In this document: piece after piece, positions 1 through 8,395 of the stretch
Position numbering within the stretch: position 1 is the first letter of the stretch
How the letters are laid out: the number at the start of each line of letters is the position of its first letter
IMG/VR virus record: IMGVR_UViG_3300016667_000797
Span: 1 to 64,000 of that record
Strand: one strand, 5' to 3'
From: a virus
Taxonomy: Duplodnaviria; Caudoviricetes
Length of the DNA: 64,000 nucleotides
Notes under the pieces: model-generated
Databases searched by the model: none
Told to the model about the DNA's origin: nothing
What the model saw: the letters and a program-made list of their open reading frames with translations, nothing else
Program-made: the position numbers and the translations under genes

Positions 1-79
1 GGGTTGCGTCTTGCCCGAGAGTGGAACACCAAACCGCCCTGGCCCGCCTGGGATGACATTCAAGCAAGGAGAGACGGTT

Positions 80-577
80 ATGGCACGAAGACTCGAAACA
101 CTGAGAGAGGCTGAGACTGAAATCCTCGGCTGGCTGGCAAATGACACCGTCGTACTCAAGGGTGTCGCCGGTCCTGAAGTCTGGCTCGAACGTGACCAGC
201 ATTGGACTTGTCAGATTGAGATTGATGGTGTCGGATTCAAGTTCATGCGATGCGCAACACCGGAACAGCTGAAAGAGATGCGCGAGGTTCGACCAGAATC
301 TGAGGGTATCTACATCCATCTGTTCCACGGCCGTGACAACGTGGACGAGGCCATGGACGACTGGGGGTTCGACGGTCCGGTGCTGGGCCCGTTACCCTAT
401 GTCCACATCACTTACATGTCGGAGATCAAGATCGGCGACGACTTTGAGCCATTGCGGATCAAAGACGACTGCGTCGAGTACGACGGCAAGTATTATGGCG
501 ACTGGTCCATGTTCAACAAGCGGGCCATGCTGAAAGACGGATTCAAGCCTGTACTACCCAAGAAGAGGGATGAGTGA
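80..577 (+). CDS. hypothetical phage protein
   Basis: ORF 11..577; the ATG at 80 follows an AGGAGA SD-like site; overlaps the next gene. Confidence 0.7.
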   Translation: MARRLETLREAETEILGWLANDTVVLKGVAGPEVWLERDQHWTCQIEIDGVGFKFMRCATPEQLKEMREVRPESEGIYIHLFHGRDNVDEAMDDWGFDGPVLGPLPYVHITYMSEIKIGDDFEPLRIKDDCVEYDGKYYGDWSMFNKRAMLKDGFKPVLPKKRDE

Positions 578-1139
578 TATGCCGAAGTTTGTGTTGCGGA
601 GCAAGACCGACGACAACGTCGCAATCAAGCTCGAAGCCGAAACAATCATGGACGCCTGTGTCGCCGCAATCTGTGAGTTGGGTTATTCGCTGTGCATGCC
701 CGGTATGCCTGCAAATAAACCAGCTGTACCGGCAGTTCAAGAGTTTGAGACGGCGGCCAAGCTGCTGGCGCACGAGGTGTGGCGGGACGAGTCCAGTCAC
801 GAGGCGTACGAGAACCATCTGGCCGACGGAGGTGACCCTCGCGACCATGCTTACTATGCGGCCGCTGTCGTACTCGGGAAGAGTTGGCTGTTTAAGGACG
901 ACGTTGACGAGTACCTGACCGCCGAGGCGGAATGGCGCGCCAAGTTCATACTGGGTGACACCGTAACCATCCAAGGATATGACATTTCCGGCGATAAGAA
1001 ATCCGCCTGGGCCATCGGCAAAAAGGCCACGTTGCGTGCCATATTGGAATTACATGGGACTGAGGTCGGGGAAGTGTTGATACGGGACAACGGACCTGAA
1101 ACCAAGCTCTACCCCCTCAAGAATCTGGAACCTGTATGA
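570..1139 (+). CDS. hypothetical protein
   Basis: 189 aa ORF, coupled to neighbours by start/stop overlaps. Confidence 0.7.
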   Translation: MSDMPKFVLRSKTDDNVAIKLEAETIMDACVAAICELGYSLCMPGMPANKPAVPAVQEFETAAKLLAHEVWRDESSHEAYENHLADGGDPRDHAYYAAAVVLGKSWLFKDDVDEYLTAEAEWRAKFILGDTVTIQGYDISGDKKSAWAIGKKATLRAILELHGTEVGEVLIRDNGPETKLYPLKNLEPV

Positions 1140-1327
1140 GCCCGCGCGAAGACCAAAAATTGGCCAAAATCCGGCGTATAGCGGTGGAGCTGTATGCCAA
1201 CGACGACATCGAGTTTGACGAGCCACTGAAACCTGAAGACATTTCAGAAGGCGCGGCCGGGACCTGGGTACATGCCTGGGTCTGGGTACCGGCCGAAGAG
1301 CTGAACAAGGACAACCTCGATGCTTAG
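1136..1327 (+). CDS. hypothetical protein
   Basis: 63 aa ORF, ATGA overlap with the upstream gene. Confidence 0.6.
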   Translation: MSPREDQKLAKIRRIAVELYANDDIEFDEPLKPEDISEGAAGTWVHAWVWVPAEELNKDNLDA

Positions 1328-1703
1328 AGAACCTCGCGGTCGGTATGGGCGAAAAGCCAAGACCGACCTGATGGCCTGGTTGGTTGAAAACCGATACGAG
1401 ATAGAGGCCAACAACAGTTCCTGGGTGTCCGTGCGTAACGAGTATCGACACCTGCAAGGTACATATGTGGCGGCCAATCTGTTTCGTGCCTGCCTTACCG
1501 AACTGGGTGTTCGACTCCAGGGTCGACTGTTCAGCTACACACCGACGCCCCGTAAATCGAGCGACGTCGAAACCTGCTGCTACGCGCTGACTACTCAGCC
1601 CCGCGTGTCGCAAGCAAAAGCCCCGGATGTAAACCCTTGGCGGCGCAAACCCGCTGCACGTAAGCCGCGACACGTAGCTTTCTTTCCGGATCTCATCTTT
1701 TGA
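1320..1703 (+). CDS. hypothetical protein
   Basis: 127 aa ORF in the operon frame series. Confidence 0.55.
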   Translation: MLREPRGRYGRKAKTDLMAWLVENRYEIEANNSSWVSVRNEYRHLQGTYVAANLFRACLTELGVRLQGRLFSYTPTPRKSSDVETCCYALTTQPRVSQAKAPDVNPWRRKPAARKPRHVAFFPDLIF

Positions 1704-1713
1704 AGGAGTATGC

Positions 1714-2406
1714 ATGCCCTTACGACCTGGTAACCAGAAGCTCGGGCCGCTCATCCATCACTGGAGCATACCTTCCGGTGTCAAAAAAATTTGCGTAGGC
1801 GCCTCTGACCTTTGTCTGATGTTGTGCTACGCCATGCGAGGTCACTACAACCACCGAAACGTCAAGGAGGCTAATCAAACCAACTACGAAGAATCTCGCC
1901 GGAGTGACTTCGTAGTGTTGATGTGTGCGTGGATCCGCGCCATGTTTGCTCGTGTTGTTCGGATTCACGCTTCCGGCGAGTTCTATTCTGCAAGTTACGT
2001 AAAGAAGTGGATTGCGATTGTCACACGCAACCCGACTGTCACGTTCTTTGCCTACACTCGAAGCTGGCGGAACCCGACAATCCTGGTTCCGTTGATTAAG
2101 CTGGCCCAGCTGCCCAACATGCGGCTCTGGTTCAGTTGCGATCGGGAAACCGGACCGCCCCCTGAAGTACCTTATGTCCAACGGGCATACATGTCGCTCG
2201 ATGATGAAGATCAGCCGGAGTTCCCGGTTGATCTTGTTTTTCGGGTGCAGCGACACACCGTTCGGAAGTGGTATAACCGCACGCTGGTCTGTCCGGCCGA
2301 GAACGGTGTCACTGCGACCACGTGCTCAAAATGCCAGCTGTGTTTCCGCGACAAACCGATTCCGATTCGCTCTGCCGAGCTGCAAGGCGAACTAATATCC
2401 GGTTAA
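1714..2406 (+). CDS. Gp88-family phage protein
   Basis: GNQKLG..WSIP..C...C...CYA..G, RIHASGEFY, FFAYTRSW and a C-terminal CPA..CxxCxLC, typical of GP88-like proteins; AAGGAG SD. Confidence 0.75.
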   Translation: MPLRPGNQKLGPLIHHWSIPSGVKKICVGASDLCLMLCYAMRGHYNHRNVKEANQTNYEESRRSDFVVLMCAWIRAMFARVVRIHASGEFYSASYVKKWIAIVTRNPTVTFFAYTRSWRNPTILVPLIKLAQLPNMRLWFSCDRETGPPPEVPYVQRAYMSLDDEDQPEFPVDLVFRVQRHTVRKWYNRTLVCPAENGVTATTCSKCQLCFRDKPIPIRSAELQGELISG

Positions 2407-2523
2407 ATTCCGGATTTTGCAACTACCTGGGCCCGTGCTTGGTGTACGGGCTCGGTCAACTCAGCAATATCTCACGAATAACTCGTGTACTGCCCATAAA
2501 CCCAACGAACACATAGGCAAGGT

Positions 2524-3045
2524 ATGAACCCTATTCAAACAAACCAAATCACGCAGGAGCTTATGCGTGAGATGGAATTTGACGCAGCGTGTTGGATTGA
2601 TCTGGATTCAATTGCGCCCGTGTTGAATCTTGCGCTCAAATACGGACTTGTCGAATTGCCGCGAGCTACGGCCCCGATACGCCAAGACCAGATCCCGTCC
2701 GAGATGCACGCCGAGCTAGGAGCCAGTGTCGATCTATTTGCTATTCCAAGCATACTGAACGTCGCCGCCAAACACGGCCTAGTCAGTTTGTCTACTAAGT
2801 GGATCGAAATCACTGATGACCCGGCGACATGGCCGCCAACAGAACGCCTTGTGATTGTGAGGTACGAAGACGGGGAAGAGAGTTTTGGCGTTCGCTATGT
2901 CAACCACAGAGATTGCGCGGACTACAAGTATTTCAGAGACGTGTGCAACGTCGAATGGGATAGAGAGGGTAAACCTCTTTTGTACTTCGACGACTATGAC
3001 GCGCCTTGCATTTACGATGTAACCCACTGGAGATCAATACCATGA
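2524..3045 (+). CDS. hypothetical protein with a DUF551-like C-terminal module
   Basis: WIEITDDPATWPP...VTHWRSIP resembles the DUF551 W..P...VTHW pattern. Confidence 0.6.
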   Translation: MNPIQTNQITQELMREMEFDAACWIDLDSIAPVLNLALKYGLVELPRATAPIRQDQIPSEMHAELGASVDLFAIPSILNVAAKHGLVSLSTKWIEITDDPATWPPTERLVIVRYEDGEESFGVRYVNHRDCADYKYFRDVCNVEWDREGKPLLYFDDYDAPCIYDVTHWRSIP

Positions 3046-3203
3046 ACGAACCAATCAAGACAACCGACATTACCGGCAAGGTTTATTGGGAACTTCAGGC
3101 ACAATCGAGCAAGCCCATAACACCTTTTGAAATAGCCAAGATCCTGAATTTGGCTATCAAGCATGGAATTGTCAAACCGCCAGAAAAGGAAGTGCGATCA
3201 TGA
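3042..3203 (+). CDS. small hypothetical protein
   Basis: ATG overlaps the upstream stop; the ILNLAIKHGIV motif also occurs twice in the 2524 ORF. Confidence 0.55.
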   Translation: MNEPIKTTDITGKVYWELQAQSSKPITPFEIAKILNLAIKHGIVKPPEKEVRS

Positions 3204-3436
3204 CAGAGACACCAATTAGCCTCGACGCCATCGCTGCCATCAGCAGTGACGAAGAGGGGCGGGCCGTGGCGTTGTTGCTGTATAACCAGTTGCAAACCAA
3301 GAACAGATTGATCGACAGTCTTGTCAACGAACTTGAGTTTGCCCTCGATTGGGGGCAGTTTGATAGCAGTTTTGGCGAGCGCGTTGAGAAGTCGGGCCGG
3401 GAGCTCCTTGCACAGGTTAAAGGGAGGCCGATCTGA
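3200..3436 (+). CDS. hypothetical protein
   Basis: 78 aa, coupled start/stop. Confidence 0.6.
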   Translation: MTETPISLDAIAAISSDEEGRAVALLLYNQLQTKNRLIDSLVNELEFALDWGQFDSSFGERVEKSGRELLAQVKGRPI

Positions 3437-3777
3437 TGAGCGAGCCAATCAAAATCACGCTCGCCATGTTGCAGGACATCAAAAATAAAGCTGAAGCCTT
3501 GTGCGATGAGGACCAGCTTATTGTCAGTCCCGCCGTCATGCTGGCGATGGTGCGTGAAATCGAGCTACTCAGAAGCCGCAGGGGATGGCGCATCCAAGCA
3601 ATGTTGCGCGATATTGAGCTATCAATTGCAGCAGTCAACGGCAGCAACGAAAGCGAAGATTTCGTGGAAGATTACTGCAAATGCGACCGAGAAGTTGGCA
3701 TTTGTTGCCAATACTGCCAGATTTTCCACACGCTAAAGAGATGCAAATCTCACATAGAAAGCGAGGTCGAGATATGA
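3436..3777 (+). CDS. Ead/Ea22-like hypothetical protein
   Basis: SPAVMLAMVREIE resembles the Ead/Ea22 P..vlaLl.E motif; C-terminal Cys cluster. Confidence 0.5.
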   Translation: MSEPIKITLAMLQDIKNKAEALCDEDQLIVSPAVMLAMVREIELLRSRRGWRIQAMLRDIELSIAAVNGSNESEDFVEDYCKCDREVGICCQYCQIFHTLKRCKSHIESEVEI

Positions 3778-4256
3778 GTCAGATTAAAATCACGCACGAG
3801 CGCCTTGCTGACATTGAGGCAAAGGCGGCAGTGTTCAAACAAGCTCATCGAACTTGGAGGTTCGATCCTCTCAGAGGAGTCATAGAAACCTTTGAGGACA
3901 GGTTTCCTGTCTGCGACACACTCGGCGAGGACCGCGTGGGCAAGTTTGTCACCGCCGCCAACCCCGCCGTCATGCTGGCCATGGTCGAGTGGATCAGGCA
4001 ACTTGAGGCGGCACAGCGTTGGGTGAAGATCACAGACGACCCGGCAACGTGGCCGCCAGTGGGTTCAATAGTTTGGGCCGTAAACGACTGTCGTGAGGTC
4101 GCCGTGCTGATGTTCGACGGGTTTGAAAACAATCGGATGCTGTGGTACAAGGCCAAGAAGATGAAACTTGGCCATTACCCTGACGAAGACAAGATTGTCT
4201 TCAAATATTCGATTACATCGGACCACGGGCCTATCACCCACTGGAGGCCGATCTGA
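3774..4256 (+). CDS. Ead/Ea22-like plus DUF551-like protein
   Basis: AANPAVMLAMVEWIRQLE followed by WVKITDDPATWPP...ITHWRPI. Confidence 0.6.
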   Translation: MSQIKITHERLADIEAKAAVFKQAHRTWRFDPLRGVIETFEDRFPVCDTLGEDRVGKFVTAANPAVMLAMVEWIRQLEAAQRWVKITDDPATWPPVGSIVWAVNDCREVAVLMFDGFENNRMLWYKAKKMKLGHYPDEDKIVFKYSITSDHGPITHWRPI

Positions 4257-4528
4257 TGAGCGAGCCAAAGTTTACGCCGGGACCGTGGAAAGCCAAGGCC
4301 GCTACCATATGCGGAAAATCCCCGACGAATCCTGAATACGAACCCGTCGTGGCAATCATGAACTATGGCAACGCCCAGTTCATGGGCAACCAGAGCTTGA
4401 TCATCGCCGCCCCATGCATGCTCGAAGCTATCGAAGCATACCTGGAAGCGGAATGTCCAGACAGCGTTCAACGGGCTGTAGACATGATGGAAGCTGCTGT
4501 TAAACGAGCGAAAGGCGGTGCGGAGTGA
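4256..4528 (+). CDS. hypothetical phage protein (FTPGPW...LIIAAP family)
   Basis: KFTPGPW and LIIAAPCMLEA motifs common in small phage proteins. Confidence 0.6.
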   Translation: MSEPKFTPGPWKAKAATICGKSPTNPEYEPVVAIMNYGNAQFMGNQSLIIAAPCMLEAIEAYLEAECPDSVQRAVDMMEAAVKRAKGGAE

Positions 4529-4797
4529 GCGGTGAATTTGTCGGAACAACACAGAATGTCTTCATGATGCAAGCCGACGACGGCACGCTGGAAGCCGCAA
4601 TAGAGGTCATTCTGTTGTGTAGTACGCCGATCTACGTGATTAAAGACGGAGGTGTACATAAGACTGACCGGATCGAAGAATTGCGGTTCATTGCTAACCC
4701 AGACCGCATCAAAACATTGATCGAACATCTGACCGACATGGCCGAGCAGGCTGAGGTTTTGAAGGCACGAATCGAACTGAAAGGCGGTGCGGAGTGA
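4525..4797 (+). CDS. hypothetical protein
   Basis: 90 aa, GTGA overlap, AAAGGCGG SD. Confidence 0.6.
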   Translation: MSGEFVGTTQNVFMMQADDGTLEAAIEVILLCSTPIYVIKDGGVHKTDRIEELRFIANPDRIKTLIEHLTDMAEQAEVLKARIELKGGAE

Positions 4798-5111
4798 GTG
4801 AAGCGCTGAAATTCGTAATTCAACCAATTGATACGCCACCGGGTCGAGTTGGGCAATTCTCAGAAGCGAAATTGTATGACGCCAAAGGGTTTGCCGTTAT
4901 GCCATTTGCTACAGCCCACATTAGGCACAGCCTGACGGGGCCAACGGTTGAGTTCATTTGGGTTCCAGACCAGTGCCGCAGGCGAGGATATGCCACAAAA
5001 CTGCTCGAATACTGTTTTCAGCGGTGGCCTGACTTGCAACTTACAGACGGGGTGAGTGAGGCCGGAGAGGCGTTGGTGGCGAAGTTTCAAAAGAAAGAAG
5101 GTGCGGAATGA
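4794..5111 (+). CDS. GNAT-family acetyltransferase-like protein
   Basis: FIWVPDQCRRRGYATKLL matches GNAT motif A (V.p..R.rG.a..Ll). Confidence 0.7.
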   Translation: MSEALKFVIQPIDTPPGRVGQFSEAKLYDAKGFAVMPFATAHIRHSLTGPTVEFIWVPDQCRRRGYATKLLEYCFQRWPDLQLTDGVSEAGEALVAKFQKKEGAE

Positions 5112-5611
5112 CCGATATCGAACAGTTGCGGGCGGCGATTGCAACGCTGGAGGCGGCAAAAAAAGATATAGACCGGATCAGTGCGACCTATTTTCCGCCG
5201 GGATATTGGCGGGAGATAACTGAGCACGCAATCACTACGGAATTAAAAGAAAGGCTCGCCAGGCTCGAAACCGAGGAGGCTGAAGAGGCTGACCCGTGGA
5301 AAACAGCCAAGAATGCGGTAGCTGCTTTGGTGGATTTTCTTAGGTCAACCGATTCGGTAGATACGACATGGACGTCAGTCACGACGCACACGGCCTGTGA
5401 GATAGCGTACTTCGTCCGGCACCTTGAGCAGCGTGTGGCCGAGCTGCAAGCACAGCTTGCCAAAAGGCCGGTTGTGTGGTGCAACAGATTGCCAACGGGC
5501 GAATGTCTCCGAGACGTTAGCGGCCATGTCAAAGTGTACACCAACAAAGAGAAAGAGGACTGTTTTCTGGTTCGGGGCAGGTTCGAGCCTTACACAGGGG
5601 AGCAGGAATGA
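5108..5611 (+). CDS. hypothetical coiled-coil protein
   Basis: 167 aa, coupled start/stop. Confidence 0.6.
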   Translation: MTDIEQLRAAIATLEAAKKDIDRISATYFPPGYWREITEHAITTELKERLARLETEEAEEADPWKTAKNAVAALVDFLRSTDSVDTTWTSVTTHTACEIAYFVRHLEQRVAELQAQLAKRPVVWCNRLPTGECLRDVSGHVKVYTNKEKEDCFLVRGRFEPYTGEQE

Positions 5612-6030
5612 GCCCGTCGAAGCACACGCCGGGGCCGTGGAGGATTGAAAGGAGGGTTCGCACCGCAATATATGCTGGCCAAAAGCATATTGCGATGGTT
5701 GCGTTCTTCAAAACTGGAATTCCTGAGACGTGCATTGGCGATCAGGAGCATGAGGCTAATGTCAACCTTATTGGGGCCGCGCCAGAATTACTCGATGCGC
5801 TGGAGTTTCTGCTTGCGGCAGCTGGAGGCGTGTCGACAGAAGCTACGCTCAAGGTAAGGGCTGCGATTGCAAAAGCAAAAGGCGACCCAGAGTATCACAC
5901 ACTAAACCAGACTCTTCCCGGTGTCTGCTCCGACTGCGCGGCTCCGCTGGAGGAGTGTGGTGTTGATATTGAGCTCAATTCCGTATTTGAGTGTCCAAAT
6001 TGCGACAGAACAGGAGACGACGTGAAATGA
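5608..6030 (+). CDS. hypothetical phage protein with C-terminal Zn ribbon
   Basis: KHTPGPW...LIGAAPELLDAL; CSDC and CPNC pairs. Confidence 0.65.
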   Translation: MSPSKHTPGPWRIERRVRTAIYAGQKHIAMVAFFKTGIPETCIGDQEHEANVNLIGAAPELLDALEFLLAAAGGVSTEATLKVRAAIAKAKGDPEYHTLNQTLPGVCSDCAAPLEECGVDIELNSVFECPNCDRTGDDVK

Positions 6031-6746
6031 GTGAGACTGAACGACCACAGGCCGATAGCGAGACAGCAAAGTCCACACAAAGGTATCCTGACGAGAGTCG
6101 GGAAATGTCTAAAAACCTCTTCAGCGAAAGCCCGCCACCGGCAGTTCGTATAGAAGGAGAGTTCAGAACACATAAGCACTGGAAACAAGTGCAAACGCCT
6201 GAAAAAATGCAGCAGGATCTTACCTGTAGCCGGGAAAAAGCGCGAAACCGATTCAACGAAATTTTGCCTTCGTTAATCAAAAGTTTCGCCGAGACGACAA
6301 CTGAGCTTGCGAGCCGCAACAGTAACAAGCCGGACGCTGCAATTCGCGCAGAAAGAGAGTCCGGAATCGCTGAGGTCGGCAAACAGGTGCGCATGATTGA
6401 AAAAATGCAGCAGGTTCGCGATGAAGTTGCTGCAATGCCGGGTCGACACGAGATTGCTCGAGAACTTGATTCGGTGATTTTCGACAAACAGGCGCAACTT
6501 GTCAGTTATCGTGCACAGATGACTGACAGCCAGAAGCAAGGTAAACAAATAGTCGAAGCCTGGTTAACGTACGGAGTCCTTGGGCCCCAGGCCGTAGTTG
6601 CTCAATTCGCCCGGGAACTTATGGACCGGGTAGTCGAACTAGAGTTGCAAAGCTGTGCGGATATTCAAACAATCTGCGATCTGGAGCGCACGTTGGAAAT
6701 GCGCGATGCGCAACTTGCCGCAGTTGAGCCTTACCTGAGGAGGTAA
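6027..6746 (+). CDS. hypothetical protein
   Basis: ORF 5991..6746; ATG at 6027 overlaps the upstream stop. Confidence 0.55.
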   Translation: MSETERPQADSETAKSTQRYPDESREMSKNLFSESPPPAVRIEGEFRTHKHWKQVQTPEKMQQDLTCSREKARNRFNEILPSLIKSFAETTTELASRNSNKPDAAIRAERESGIAEVGKQVRMIEKMQQVRDEVAAMPGRHEIARELDSVIFDKQAQLVSYRAQMTDSQKQGKQIVEAWLTYGVLGPQAVVAQFARELMDRVVELELQSCADIQTICDLERTLEMRDAQLAAVEPYLRR

Positions 6747-6751
6747 TTCTA

Positions 6752-7144
6752 ATGGCAGTGATTGCAAGCATAGAGGAACTGGCAGAGGCCAGCGGTGTTA
6801 CAGTCGTCGAGGATTGTGACACGGGAAATGGCGGGCGATTTGGTTACTATACTACCGAGTCGCCCGACTGCACGTTTGTTGGCTACAAAACACGTAAAAG
6901 CGCGTACAGAGGCTGGTTTGTACGCGCTTTTGGTCGGCCAACTGCGCAGGCTTTGACGACTGTTTTTAAGGAGCTTGCTAAGTTACGCGAGACCCAGTGC
7001 TGGGTCATTGTGAACCGCAAAACCAACAGCGTGCAATCCGGTCCGTTTTTTAGCAAAGCGGACGCCGAGGGTAAACTGCAGGCATTTCCGTTTGCATTCC
7101 AGAAAGCACATAAAATTAGACTGCGCAAGCCGTGTGACAGATAA
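6752..7144 (+). CDS. hypothetical protein
   Basis: 130 aa ORF, last gene before the convergent terminator. Confidence 0.6.
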   Translation: MAVIASIEELAEASGVTVVEDCDTGNGGRFGYYTTESPDCTFVGYKTRKSAYRGWFVRAFGRPTAQALTTVFKELAKLRETQCWVIVNRKTNSVQSGPFFSKADAEGKLQAFPFAFQKAHKIRLRKPCDR

Positions 7145-7181
7145 TCACTCGGCTTGCGCTCGTCGATTGCGTCGACCACAA

Positions 7182-7219
7182 AATAATAGCAACGGAACTT
7201 AAACTCTGTTGCTATTATT
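7182..7219. terminator. probable bidirectional terminator between convergent operons
   Basis: aataatagcaacgga / acttaaac / tctgttgctattatt, a 15-bp AT-rich stem between convergent genes. Confidence 0.6.
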
Positions 7220-7221
7220 AC

Positions 7222-8394
7222 TTATTGGTAGCTCGCGGCCAGCTCTTCCAGGACTTTTTCATCCAGCGGCTCGTAGGCCGCGGACTTGTTCAGTTGTGGT
7301 TGCTGTCCGGATTCGGACAGCAACTGTTCCAACAACTCGGCGTCCGGCCGCGGCAGCGTGTGAGCCAGTTCGGCAATCTTCTCCGGATCGACATCCAGAC
7401 CGGTGCAGACTTCGGCAGCGAAGTCGTTACCGAACAAATTGATTACGTCTTCGCGGGCCAGTTTGGAGAACTGGTCCTTCTCGTAGACGTTGCCGGTCGT
7501 CAGTGCACACAACCTACCATGATCAGCGGCCGCCTTGGTGTAGGTCACCTTGAAGATGACGTCTTCCGGACGTGGCAGCGTCTCTGTGTATTTGCCCTTG
7601 AGGCCGATGGCGTAGTCGACCATGTCAATAGTCGCGGCCAGCTTCACCAGCTCGTTCTGTTGCAGCGTCAGACGCGGAGCAGCTTTGACGGCACTGGCGA
7701 GCTTGGCGATGGCTTCACGGTGCTGCTGGGTTTTGGCCAGCATGGCCCGACGTTCCAGCATGGCATAAAGCTCGTCCGGGTCAGGAATACCGCGACCAGC
7801 CTGCTTTTCAACGAAGTCGGTCAGCGACTCACCCAGGGCGGCGCCATAGCGGGCGGCCTTTTCGACGATCTTGTTACCGATGACGTTTCGATCCGAAAAT
7901 GGAATACGGTCCTGGTTGTCGCGCAGCCACTCGGCGGCAACTTTGACTTCCAGCGTATTGGTCATCGGGTAGTATCGTTCTTTGACACCATCCTTGGACT
8001 GCCAGACGTAGGCGTAGCTGCTGTCCGGCAACGTGTCGGCGCCACGAAGGGCTTCCGCTCGCTTGACAAGTTTGTCATATTCTGGACGGATGCCAAAATA
8101 ATCAGCGAAGCGCTCGAATCGTTCACAGATCCGCTCGCGCTGTTTAGGATGGTATTCCGCAGATTTCTCGTGGAAGTATGCGGCTGACAGCCAAGTAGCG
8201 GCTGCGGTGTGGCAGGCGTACTTCTTTTGAGTGGGATCAGCATAAGCTGTGACAGCAATTTGACCGGGGTCCATCGTGGCATCCAGATCCGCATTGCGGA
8301 CGAAGCCCGGGAAGTCATAGCGGCTGGCAATTTTGGTCAGCTCGGTCTTCGCCTTATCGGCGGTCGGATCGAGCATAAGGGAAGGATTCGGCAT
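7222..8394 (-). CDS. hypothetical protein, 390 aa (possibly virion or head-assembly related)
   Basis: ORF 7222..8469; ATG at 8394 preceded by AGGAGA on the minus strand; contains CHTAAATWLS; function not recognised. Confidence 0.65.
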   Translation of the reverse strand: MPNPSLMLDPTADKAKTELTKIASRYDFPGFVRNADLDATMDPGQIAVTAYADPTQKKYACHTAAATWLSAAYFHEKSAEYHPKQRERICERFERFADYFGIRPEYDKLVKRAEALRGADTLPDSSYAYVWQSKDGVKERYYPMTNTLEVKVAAEWLRDNQDRIPFSDRNVIGNKIVEKAARYGAALGESLTDFVEKQAGRGIPDPDELYAMLERRAMLAKTQQHREAIAKLASAVKAAPRLTLQQNELVKLAATIDMVDYAIGLKGKYTETLPRPEDVIFKVTYTKAAADHGRLCALTTGNVYEKDQFSKLAREDVINLFGNDFAAEVCTGLDVDPEKIAELAHTLPRPDAELLEQLLSESGQQPQLNKSAAYEPLDEKVLEELAASYQ

Positions 8395-8395
8395 T

